DNA of 64,000 nucleotides from Saccostrea echinata (Eukaryota): NCBI RefSeq assembly GCF_033153115.1, contig NW_026889778.1, positions 4,960,001 to 5,024,000 of the forward strand, read 5' to 3'. Shown piece by piece: positions 26,460 to 37,841 of this stretch (position 1 is its first letter; each line of letters starts with the position of its first letter). The notes under the pieces were generated by a model. It saw only the letters and a program-made list of their open reading frames with translations, ran no database searches and was not told where the DNA came from. The position numbers and the translations under genes were made by a program.

Positions 26460-27647
26460 CAAAATGAACCTGTACGTGAAAATACAACGCCTAAAAATTT
26501 AAATTCTTTAACATTTTCTATAACTAAATTGTCGTAATAAAATTTTCTTTTTAACATTGGACCTTTCGAAAATACAAGAATCTTTTTTTTTTAACATTCA
26601 CTTGCAATTTCCATTGTGAACAATATGTATGAAATTCGTTTAGTGAATGTTGTAGTTAATCGGCTGATTCGGCCATAATTACAGTGTCGTCTGCATAAAA
26701 AGTATCAACAGTTTAAAATACATTAGCAATTCATTCTCAATGTTATTTGTAATATAATATATTGAACACGTCACTTTGAAATCACATCGATAATTTATGA
26801 CTTAACTATGAATTTATGGTCATGTGAACAACCTGTTTATATACAGCATTATTCAAATAGTGTTACATTAACGAAAACATTTTTAAATTTAAAAAATTAC
26901 AAATAGTTTTTTTCCTTTTTCTTTCTTTTTTTTTCCTTTCTTCAATCATGGTTGGGGGGTGGAGGGAGTGCCCCCAATAATTTTGCTGATATAGAGAATA
27001 CTATAGAAAACATGGCTACTATATGCTTGTGCCCCCTAAATAAAACATTTGTTCCCCTCCCCCTTTTTTTTGCTTCTTCAAGGAATTTTAAAAATTTTCA
27101 GTAGCTCCCCGCCCCAAACTGAAAATGTTTGGTTGTGCCCCCCTCCCAACTGAAATTGCTTCCTAGGGGCATGAATTTTGTTCATAACTTTTAACTCTTT
27201 TACATATTGCAATAAAAATGAGGGTTTTTCTGACTAATTACGTACTTGAAAATGTACGTTTATGCATCAAAATTATGTTTTTTTTATTTTTCCCATCATT
27301 TAGGTCAAAACGTGGATGCCCAAATAAACCGAATTCAACGTATCCTAGCCTACCGGCGTCAAGACGCTCGAAATCACGGTGGTGGTGATGAGGGTCATAA
27401 CTTAAATATTGCTAACTGGCAGAATGGATTGGAGAGAATTCAGGGTGGTCAAGATCGATATGAGTGTCGTCGTACATACATAGTTCATGATGAGCTGAGA
27501 AAGAGAAGCGTCAGTTATCGAGGATGGAGCAGGCGTCGTGTCTCGAGCCGCAGAGGAGGAAGCAGGAGCCGTCTCCCAGGCAACAGAGGAGGAAGCAGAC
27601 GATTTATCCCAAACCGAGGACGAAGTGGCAGACGGTTGTTCTGCTGA
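22404..27647 (+). CDS. Spliced gene for a 222-aa secreted prepro-protein (signal peptide, REKR, unknown 125-aa domain ending HDEL, RKR, Arg/Gly-rich tail); coding exons 22404-22455, 24210-24285, 24728-24924, 27304-27647
   Basis: All junctions are GT-AG and phase compatible (1, 2, 1). The total of 669 nt is open with one terminal stop. Translation: MHLKPFLIVLLIFIINEDASLSEKVDSDNRVHISDIGSHTFIRHREKRRILGAEHEYFRAYYYEKGLLRVYNSLRRDGLIDDWSPLGATSYSNAIATSTDYYRVQAEAGQNVDAQINRIQRILAYRRQDARNHGGGDEGHNLNIANWQNGLERIQGGQDRYECRRTYIVHDELRKRSVSYRGWSRRRVSSRRGGSRSRLPGNRGGSRRFIPNRGRSGRRLFC. An N-gap in the last intron could hide an extra exon. Confidence 0.75.
24210..24285 (+). CDS. Coding exon B: propeptide DASLSEKVDSDNRVHISDIGSHTFIR
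   Basis: Acceptor 'ttttttttccaag|' and donor AAG|GTGAGA. Only the phase-1 frame is open. Confidence 0.65.
24728..24924 (+). CDS. Coding exon C: HREKR site and first half of the mature domain
   Basis: Acceptor 'atttatatgacag|' (phase 2) and donor CAG|GTACAA (phase 1). Lies within track ORF 24687-24953. Confidence 0.75.
25319..25502. other. Assembly gap (N run)
   Basis: Direct reading. Confidence 1.
25503..26880 (-). mobile_element. 5'-truncated, decayed RTEX-like LINE, antisense in the last intron of the secreted-precursor gene
   Basis: Minus strand reads 'YADDT' (~26685-26700), 'GSEVWGYEN', 'MPIQNGRW' and 'TLCNNGQIADEIHNILECKSL', the RT and C-terminal zinc-finger motifs of this clade. Confidence 0.8.
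27304..27647 (+). CDS. Coding exon D: second half of the mature domain, HDEL-RKR, cationic tail
   Basis: Acceptor 'tttttcccatcatttag|' (phase 1). GC-richer coding-like sequence ending at TGA; lies within track ORF 27246-27647. Confidence 0.8.
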
Positions 27648-30065
27648 TTTAAGAACATATTTGCATTTGAATTTTAAATATGCTTAAATGTTTCTCATGA
27701 ATGCATTCTGAAATTTCAAAATGAATTTTTTTCAAAGGCAAATATTTGTTCGACTTTTTGCTATTATGAAATGAATATTACACTCAGGGTCATTTTAACA
27801 ATGCTTACTGATGGGTGTTGTTTGCTCCAAATAGGAATGTTTAAAGTTTGCTTAATACTTATGAATATTTAAAAAAAACAATAACGATTTTCTTTTCTTA
27901 AAGATCATATTTAAAGACTAATGTAAGGCTTTGATAATTTGCTGGGATCAAAAATTAAGTTGCAATAGTAATCTTCTTTCAATTCCCCTACAGAAATATT
28001 ACAGAGCACTAACTAATTTTCAATAGCATTTATTTCAGATGTAACAATACAGTACACTGCTAATAATTGAAGACTCACGCGGTAGATATGATAAATTCGA
28101 AATAAATAAACATGTACATGTATATCCACCAGTTAGACAACGTGCAGAAATGTGTATTTACAGAAAGCGATAGAAGGATGGCCAGATGTTTAGATATTGT
28201 TCAAAACTGAACTGTATAGTATACGTACATGTACGTCACACTCAATATCTTGTAAGGAAACACTCACGTTTATCGATATGAAGGACCATTCCTCCTTCTT
28301 GATAAATGATTGAAATTAATAGACTAATTCTGGGATTTAAAATAGTGGCAATGAAAACGGTGAAGATAAGGTACAATGATCGATCTAATTTATATTTTAG
28401 GAAGCTGTTAGCAAATGTAACAATTTGAACAAAAAAAGTTTTATCTAGCATCAGATACATGCATAACAATTACTTTTAGTGTATTGCACAGTAGGACTTA
28501 AATAATTAATATATAATGGTTATTCCATAAAATAAAGACATTTTAGTGGCATTAAATTGGTGACTGAAAGAGATCCTGTTTTCATAAGTTTTTCTTAATC
28601 ATATATTATACATATGACAAACTCTCTCCATTCTCATTACAATGAATGAAATTATTTTGTAAAATGTGTTTTTAATTTTCTTTAGTGTTACATGCCAATG
28701 TTCCTCTCGTCTTATCAATAAATATCACATGTTCTATGTCAATATTCAGAGAAAGAGATTCGTGAATTTTAAAATTGGCAAAGATAATGTTTTGAGTGTA
28801 TATCTAAATTTTTTTTTAAAAAAATCAAACCTTAAAGACTCAATTTTTTTTACCGCACGGTTACCTGAGGAGAGGGAGTGGTCTTAATTTACCTGGAGAG
28901 CCCCAATACTCAAAATGTCAAAAAAACCTATACACATTGTAGTACACAGAAAGTCTGGCTTTGGTAATCAGGATCAACATTACGCGTTTTGCCTAATTTT
29001 GAGAGAAACTTTTGTAAACAATTATTTATAATTTAATATAAAATTGGTTAACTTAACGTTTTCATCGATATCTTTTGAAGGAAAAAAAATTACAAAGAAG
29101 TATCTTTTTTTTTTAAGAAAAAAAAAAAAAGAAAAGAAAAATAAAATCACGAGCGAAAACTACAAAGCAATCATATCAATATTTTTTAATCGTCAGTAAA
29201 AGAAATCATCATTCAATAAGTGTAAATATTGAAATAAAGAGATTTCATTTATCGTGTGGACAATCCGACATGTACCATAGACAGAATATCAATTATTTTT
29301 CTGGCCAACAATCGTGTCCAAAGTATTCACCACTGTAATTTCCGGGGTCCGTGTTTTTATGCCCTGTTCACAAATTTGTATTGTTTGTAGACTTTTTTAA
29401 ATAGATCGATCACTGTTCGTTTTCTTCACCCTTTCCAATATACGAATATATACGTTAGAGGAAATTCGATCAATGATTGTTACATTTCTTCCACCGAATA
29501 GTGTAGATTGATTTGTATTTTATAATCTGTTTGTCTTTATTAACAATTTTTGCTAAAAATAGAACGACACTTCCAAATTGAAATTTGAAAGAAAACCTCT
29601 AATATCCGCTATTAATATTTCTTCTTCGGAAAGTTCTATAGTTGAGTTGTCTTGAACGTCATATCGCTTACAAGTACCAAACAACATTGGAGATTGAAAA
29701 AAAAAAACCCATAAAGTCTAGTGAATGTATCATTATCTACTCTCAATTATTTTTTGAAAGATAATTACAAAACAATATTTTAGCGATTTGAATTTTTTAA
29801 CCAGAGTGTATACATACAAAGTGACTATTCATGCGGTACATGAAAGCGTTTTACGCGTGACCGGGTAATTGTTTGCAAAACATGCAAACTCAGTCGCCGG
29901 TAGCACTGGCAGCTGGCCTGTCAATAAAATCAGTAGCTATTGTTTTTTTTAATGATTGACAGGCTATATATTGTTGATCTGGAATTAGGTAAATTTTGAG
30001 GGCGTCAACTTAATATTGGGTATTTAAATAAAAGAAAAAAATGAAGGAAAACAATCTTTCATAAG

Positions 30066-30926
30066 TCACAATGACCAGTCAGATATTCCTGTGTATGAAC
30101 AAGTATGTCTAAATCAAATCATAATGACCAGTCAGATATCCCTGTGTGTGTACAAGTATGTCTAAATCAAATCATAATGACCAGTCAGATATCCCTGTGT
30201 GTGTACAAGTATGTCTAAATCAAATCATAATGACCAGTCAGATATCCCTGTGTGTTTACAAGTATGTCTTCGTGCATGTATCTAAATCAGAAATCACAAT
30301 GACCAGTCAGTGATTCCTGTGTGTGTACAAGTATGTCTTTGTGCATGTATCTAAATCAGAAATCACAATGACCAGTCAGTTATTCCTGTGTATGTACAAG
30401 TATGTCTTTGTGCATGTATCTAAATCAGAAATCACAATGACCAGTCAGTTATTCCTGTGTATGTACAAGTATGTCTTTGTGCATGTATCTAAATCAGAAA
30501 TCACAATGACCAGTCAGTTATTCCTGTGTATGTACAAGTATGTCTTTGTGCATGTATCTAAATCAGAAATCACAATGACCAGTCAGTTATTCCTGTGTGT
30601 TTACAAGTATGTCTTTGTGCATGTATCTAAATCAGAAATCACAATGACCAGTCAGTTATTCCTGTGTATGTACAAGTATGTCTTTGTGCATGTATCTAAA
30701 TCAGAAATCACAATGACCAGTCAGTTATTTCTGTGTGTTTACAAGTATGTCTTTGTGCATGTATCTAAATCAGAAATCACAATGACCAGTCAGTTATTCC
30801 TGTGTATGTACAAGTATGTCTTTGTGCATGTATCTAAATCAGAAATCACAATGACCAGTCAGTTATTTCTGTGTGTTTACAAGTATGTCTTTGTGCATGT
30901 ATCTAAATCAGAAATCACAATGACCT
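30066..30926. repeat. Tandem satellite: three 53-bp units followed by ten 69-bp units
   Basis: Anchor 'atgaccagtcag' at 30071, 30124, 30177 and 30230, then every 69 bp to 30851, with a partial unit at 30920. Confidence 0.95.
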
Positions 30927-33194
30927 AGCGTAGAGTCTTATATGTATGTATACCTATACACGCAGCTAATTCACTAATTATAATGACTCATCAGAATAGC
31001 TCTATGTATTTATACGTGTACATGTATTCAATTAACTAATTACAAAAATATATTCCTAACAATATCAATTGAGAGTCTGGATTTCGCAATCATCATTCTT
31101 TCAGCAATTTGAAGTATTAAGTAACACACCTCCTTATCTTTTGAAGAGGTTTCTGTAGTTGTTTATGGTTTTTAATGCTTGGAATACTTAACACTCGACC
31201 TAACCATTGAGTGATCTGCCAATTGAAGTACACATTCTTACATCAAACTTAAGGTAAGCATTTCAAAGACAAAGCAATATATATTCACGACTACGTGAAT
31301 CTGAGGATCATGTTGTTATTAAGATAAAAAGAGTACAAGTAAAAGGGGTGAAATTTTGTATCAATGACAAACATTGTACTAAAGCCGCTCGGTCTTACCG
31401 TTAACTGAAAAGGGATGCCCTACTTTCAGTCTGGAAACATGACATATTTCTCCTTGTTTTGCGTGCAAAATCCTAAATTGTCTTCTCAAATTTGTTACAA
31501 CCCGGAGAACCGGGCTGCCAGTTTAAGTTTTGTTGAATGGGATCGGGGTGGGAGAAGTTATTCAGAATTCAGGGTTAACTATACACTAAAAAGATTATAT
31601 ATCAGAATGTTCTTTCCCTGTATAAATTACGAGATACACAATATATTTACTTCCATGAAGTACATCTTTAAAAATATATATGTTTTTCATAGGTAATATA
31701 CAAAGTTGCTTTTCATTTGCTATTGACAAAACGTCAGGTCCCTTTTAGAACACTAAGTTTTACTTATCGCATAAAAACGTACTCTACGTATTCATTAAGT
31801 CAAATATATTTTTGATGATAGGTTATACATGTGTCTGAATCTAATTTATATTTTATGCAGCCAACAGTTACTTGAGGAAATGGTAAAGTTTAAAACGGTA
31901 TCGTTTTGTTCGATTTTCATCCGATTAGAAACTTTCCGTAAATCTTCTTCTCTATAGTCTCGATCATTCAGACGCGTGCCTTAATCAATAGATGATCAGG
32001 ACTAATTTCCATTGTTTTCGGAAGAATTTGATCGAGCTCATGATTAATCTTGCACATGACAAGTAATTGTCCCAACTAATAATTAGTACATCTTGCATAA
32101 ATATTTTGGTCGGTCATTTTCCACACTTGACTCATGATTTTGAGGTCAAAAGTACAAGGGTATGTCTATACATGTATAAAGTAGTAATAGTAACTTCTCA
32201 GCTATAAATACAGGATTATGAAATCAATTGCATTCAATCTGGGAGATCAAGTTTTTTGATTAATGGGCGTTGACAGATTAAACTCTAGGACTATAAATTA
32301 AAAAAAAAACTATTCACTTTAGTTTTATTTTCACAAAAAAAATGATGGAGTATGTGCCTTGCCTCAAGACTAAATTTAAGAATTTAGGAATTACGGGCAC
32401 TTCTGAATAAAACAAAATCATAATATACTGAAATGCAAAAGAAATGCAACATCATATTTTAGGGGGAAATATTACATATAGGATATCATTTTGTATCTAA
32501 AAAGTAAGGAATTTTTCAATTTTGTAAATATCGGCAACTTAACGGTTGAATGATTTTCATACCATTACCGGAAGTTAAGTTTGAGTCTGCTTAACAAATA
32601 TCAGAAATTGCATGTTTAACAAAATATTTGGCAATAATATGGGCTTTTAAGGTATTGTATCTGTTTATCATAAGTCAATTAGCAATGTTCCGAAAAATAA
32701 ATTCCCCTATCTTTTCTGTAAGCGATGCCAAGGCTTCCTGAAAATGACTTAAGTAGGCATTTCCGTTGCTCTAGCTGGAAAATTAAATCTGGAAAATGCA
32801 ATTGTTGTGCATGGCAGACTTGCACGCTGTAATTGAATGGCCGGGGTGGGGGGTGTTTTAACAGTCATGTGTTACTTTCTAAAGTTAAAAGATAATCATT
32901 TAACATTTTTATCAGATCTTTGATGTTTTCAAATCAAGTTTTACCTAAGTGTATTCATTTTTTGAAAATCATTAGCTAAAAAATTCAAATATTTGTAGAT
33001 TACTGCTTGTTGCGTTTCTTTTGCGTTTCAGTGTATTTTTCTTCATTTATTTCCCGGACGACTATTGATGTTTTACAAATAGATTTACTACTTATACATT
33101 TATTCCGTCATGTGCGCTTACATTGTAAAAATGAAAGCAATAAAAATATACGTTACAAATGAATTGATGCAATTGATTATTTCCCATGCCCTGT

Positions 33195-33742
33195 GTCCGG
33201 TCGTTCAAAAGGTGGTTAAATTTTACCCAGTGTTATCTCTGCGTTAACTACGATAGGTGGATTAAGAAATTAATGTAGTGGTTAAAAATGGACGCTTGTT
33301 TTCTTATTTACACACCTTGACCCAGAAAACAGAGCGTGTTTCCGCTATACACAGGAATTAAGACGGTTGTTCTCATGATGAACTAAGATGAAAGTACAAT
33401 TTTGGTCAACGTGGCATAGACTTCACTTGGGAAATCATCAAAAATTATTTTGCAAGAGCCACAGACAGGAACAGCGCACTTAGCATCCAGCATCAATTTA
33501 AGTAATGATAATCTAGCGTTACCTTGCAAGTTGTATTTTTGCAGGTTATCGGGGACAGGCAAGGTACATGTGCTACATATATAAAATTACTCACGCACCA
33601 TTCAGTATTATCTGGGTTTGTTTGTACTTTTCCCTGGCCCCAGTCTGTCCGGGGATAGACATATGGAGTTGACATAAATGGCCAAAAAGCATATCAATTT
33701 GAAAATCAACTTCCCAAACCTGAGCTATGAAGGGTGCTTGTA
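33195..33742 (+). mobile_element. PIF/Harbinger transposon relic (left end and transposase N-terminal fragments), cut by the gap
   Basis: End-like 'gtccggtcgttcaaaaggtggttaa'. Translated fragments 'HDELR*KYNFGQRGIDF', 'ARATDRNSALS', 'RYLASCIFLQVIGD' and 'NFPN...GCL' resemble HARBI1-type transposases. Confidence 0.6.
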
Positions 33743-33889
33743 NNNNNNNNNNNNNNNNNNNNNNNNNNNNNNNNNNNNNNNNNNNNNNNNNNNNNNNNNN
33801 NNNNNNNNNNNNNNNNNNNNNNNNNNNNNNNNNNNNNNNNNNNNNNNNNNNNNNNNNNNNNNNNNNNNNNNNNNNNNNNNNNNNNNNNN
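33743..33889. other. Assembly gap (N run)
   Basis: Direct reading. Confidence 1.
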
Positions 33890-35360
33890 CATCGGGGAAA
33901 GTTACAAAATAATGTCATGGAACATTCAAGGCTTGACAACACAAACTTGAAAACAAAGAATTAAGTGATTCATTGGAAAAAGAAAACCCGGACTAAATAT
34001 GCCTACAAGAAACTAACAACAATAGTAAAATTGATATGGAAAACTATATGATGTATCACAAACCAAGAATATTCACCCACAAGTGGACTAAACGTAACAG
34101 CGGTGGCATTGTTGGTTTTATAAAAGACAAATTTCATAAAGGTATTCAATTAGTGTTGTCAAATATTGATGGGATCATGTGGTTTAGAATTGATAAATAC
34201 TTTTTCTTACTTGATAAGGATATATATTTACATGTATGCTGTGCTTACCTACCCCCGGAGAAATCCCCCGTATACAATATTATAACCAACGCTGAAAACA
34301 TCTTTGATGAACTTTCCCAAAACATAGCTACATTCCGAAATATAGGAAAAGTTATTATAATGGGCTTGTACGTCTGTATCGCCAGACTATATCAGGGACG
34401 ATTTTGTTGCACCAGAGAATGATAATCATCTTATGTATTTGACAATAAAACGGAACGCTATTCTGAAGACAAAAAAATCATTCGGTCCAATGCTATTGGA
34501 CGTTTATGTAAATCAGAAACATGAATGGCAGACTGCATGCAGACAAAGAGATTGGAAGATATACATGTGAAATAGAAGTAGTGTAATTGACTACATGATA
34601 ACAGAGGAGGAATTTTTTTTCCTAATGTGATAGATTTCTATGTAGGAGAGCATACACAGTTTTCAGATCATAACCCAATTATATGCAAACTTAAATCTGG
34701 TTGTACCCATGAAATGAACGAACAGGGGGAAAAAAAAACATAAACGTAGAAAAGTGGAAATGGAATGAAACGTTTCATGATGACTATATACAGCACCTTA
34801 GAGAGAACAGTTATAAATTTCAAGACATACTGAGGGATATAGATCAACCAAATCAAGAAACAATCAACAAACTTACAGACAAATTTACAGATATTCTGTT
34901 AAATGTTGCAGAACCTTTATGTAGAAAGAAAATAAATTATACTAAAAACAGATATGGTTTTAGCGACGCGGAGTGTGGCAGACGAAAAGATCATGGACCA
35001 AGACAATACAACGATACAATAATGAAAGGACGCTAAATAACCGAATTGAAATGTTCACATTAAAGAAATCTTACAAAACACTTACTCGAAGGAAGAAGGC
35101 ACAGTATCACTTGAAACAAAGAGAAAACTTGAAACAACTTAAAAAGAAAAACCCTAAGGAATTCTGGAAAATGTTATGTCCCAAGCAGAACACCCAGCAA
35201 GTAGAATAGCACCAGAACACTTGTTCAATTATTTTAGGAATACGTGTGCTATAAACGAAAATGGAATTGTGGATGCGGAAATAAAAGATTCTGGATCGCC
35301 CGTGTTCCAAGAGCTAGACAATGAGATCTCCAGTGAAGAAATGATTAACGCGACAAAATC

Positions 35361-35420
<60 letters not shown>

Positions 35421-37689
35421 ACGAAAAAAATCAGGCGGAATTGATAACATAATCAATGAGATGCTCAGTGTAGATGTGGCAACATTAGAACCAGTGTTAA
35501 ATGTTCTTGTCAATGCTATTAGTAGCAGTGGTTGTTATCCATCTAAATGGAAATTGGGTATAATAGTGCCGATTTTCTTAAAAAAGGGATAAAATAGATC
35601 CACAAAACTATAGGGGTATAACTTTATTGAGTTCTTTAGCTAACCTGTTTTCCGTATTTTGAATAATAGATTGCATAAATGGTCAGAAGACAAGAATATT
35701 ATATCTGATGCACAATATGGTTTTAAAAAAGGTTGTTGCACTTTTGATGCTGATTATGTATTAAGAAGCACTATTGATTTTAATATTTCAAATGGTAAAA
35801 AACTTGTTTGTGCCTTCATAGATTTTCGTACAGCATTTGATACGGTTGATAGAAATGCATTGTTCTATAAATTATTAAAGCTAGGTATCAATGGTAAAAT
35901 GTTAAGAATTATCAAAGCTATGTAGGAGGATGTGAAAAGATTTGTTCGGGTAAATGGCTTCCTAACATTTTTTTGATTTTAATGAATTAAATGTGTTACA
36001 AGGGGACAGTCATTCTATCACCAATGCTATTTTCCTTATGTCTGGAGGATCTGGAGACAACTCTGCAGGAAAACTTTGCATGTGGCATTCAAATTGACCA
36101 AATAAACATCTTTTTAATCTTTTTACTATTATTTGCAGATCTAGCCATAATAAGCGAAACACCCAATGGGTTACAAAACCATCTTAACAGCCTACATGCC
36201 TTTTGCGAAAAGTGGGGCCTTTTTGTAAATGTAGGTAAAGCGAAAGTAGTGATTTTTCAAAAAGGACAGACAAAAAAAGGGATACAAATTTACGTATAGC
36301 GGTAGTGCCCTGGAAATTGTAGACAGTCTTGCATATCTTGGACTGGTGTTTTCCTCAAACTAACTCTTTAATAAACATGTGAAGAAAACCTCTAAAACTA
36401 TATAATGCATTCATGATGTTAATTTTAAAAAATGTCACTAGATTGTAAAACAGTATGTGAGCTGTTCAACGTTGCGTGTGTCTCGAAAATGAACTTTGGG
36501 GCAGAAGTGTGGAGCTCTATATCGGCAAAAGAAATGGAACGAATATACACTTAAAATTTGGTAAAAGACTACTTGGAACTACTAAAACCTCAACATGCAC
36601 CCGGCTGTTTATGGTGAATTAGGAAGAAAACCGTTGATAGTAACGAGAACATTTCGCATTAAATATTGGTTTAAAGTCCTTCGATCAGAAAATTGTCTAA
36701 TACGGTCAATTTATAACTATGATTTTAAGAATATGTCTATATATTGGATCATTTTTGTTAACATACACTTTTGTCACATGGTTTTGGCGTTGCGTGGTAT
36801 TTTCCCGAGTCAGTAAATGAAAAAAGGTTTTTAAGCTTATTTTGAACAAAGCCAAGCTGATCGTTTTTTCTTTTCTTTCAAAAACTAAGAGTAGATATAG
36901 AAAATGCCTATACTCTAAAACTGTTTAAATATCAAAATCCAACTATGCACCAGCAGGGTTCGAAATTCACTATATACAACTCGCAAAACACGAGTTAGAA
37001 TTCCCAAGTTGCGAGTTAACTCGCAAAAACTTGCGAGTTGATTTTTTTTGCATTGAAACTGTAGCAAAATTATATAATATGACAGAACACAATGCTTTTG
37101 ATTTAAATCAGCAATTTAAATAAAAGTCACACTGTAGTTGTATTTTGTGTATTGTACAGTAGTTACATTTTTCTTAAGTTACATGTATTTAATTTATAAA
37201 TTTAACTTTATACAAAAATTGCGATTAGTCTTATAAAATTGCGAGTTCACTTTCTTGGTACTTGCAATTATTTGCGAGTTGTAGTTTTAGGGAGTTTCTA
37301 ACCCTGACCAGGGTGAATATCTTAATTGTATATATTATGAAAAAACATAGAAAATCATTAAGTACACTCAGATTATCTTCACATTGCTTACGTATTGAGT
37401 CTGGTAGATATAAGCAAAAATGTCCTACAAGTGAACGAAAATGCATATTTTGTACATCGAAAGAAATAGAAGACGAATACAATTTTGTTTTAATATAACT
37501 TTTATGTTGAGTTAAGAGAAATATATATATTAAAAAAATATTTTTATGCAAGACCTAGTATTTTAAAATTAATTGAATTACTTAATTCCGACATAGAAAT
37601 TATACTTAAAAAAAGAAAACTCGGGAAATACGTGCTTAAATGTTTTAAAAAGAGGGAAAACTTTCCTCTAAAGCAAGATTAATAATAGA
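33890..37689 (+). mobile_element. Decayed RTEX-like LINE ORF2 (APE endonuclease, RT, C-terminal zinc finger)
   Basis: APE motifs: 'IMSWNIQGL', 'RNSGGI', 'SDHNPI'. RT motifs: 'NYRGITLLS', 'QYGFKKG', 'FIDFRTAFDTVDR', 'LSPMLF', 'LLFAD'. C-terminus: 'RLSSHCLRIESGRY...RKCIFC...EDEYNF'. Many frameshifts. Confidence 0.9.
36954..37306. mobile_element. 353-bp non-autonomous TIR element (CAGGG ends, hAT-like) inserted in the LINE, 5-bp TSD ACCAG
   Basis: 'cagggttcgaaattcactatatacaactcgcaaa' pairs with 'tttgcgagttgtagttttagggagtttctaaccctg'. ACCAG occurs at 36949-36953 and 37307-37311. Confidence 0.8.
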
Positions 37690-37841
37690 NNNNNNNNNNN
37701 NNNNNNNNNNNNNNNNNNNNNNNNNNNNNNNNNNNNNNNNNNNNNNNNNNNNNNNNNNNNNNNNNNNNNNNNNNNNNNNNNNNNNNNNNNNNNNNNNNNN
37801 NNNNNNNNNNNNNNNNNNNNNNNNNNNNNNNNNNNNNNNNN
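37690..37841. other. Assembly gap (N run)
   Basis: Direct reading. Confidence 1.

Noticed and set aside
27492-27647. Protamine or ER-resident protein interpretation of exon D
   Set aside because: The Arg-rich stretch is the tail of a signal-peptide-bearing precursor rather than a stand-alone ORF. HDEL is internal, so it cannot retain the unprocessed protein in the ER.
30323-30928. 201-aa repetitive ORF
   Set aside because: It is a by-product of a 69-bp satellite. The adjacent 53-bp units break the frame and there is no gene context.
33373-33390. Second 'HDELR' peptide as a possible paralog of the precursor gene
   Set aside because: It lies in the Harbinger transposase relic, is followed by a stop, and shares no other similarity.
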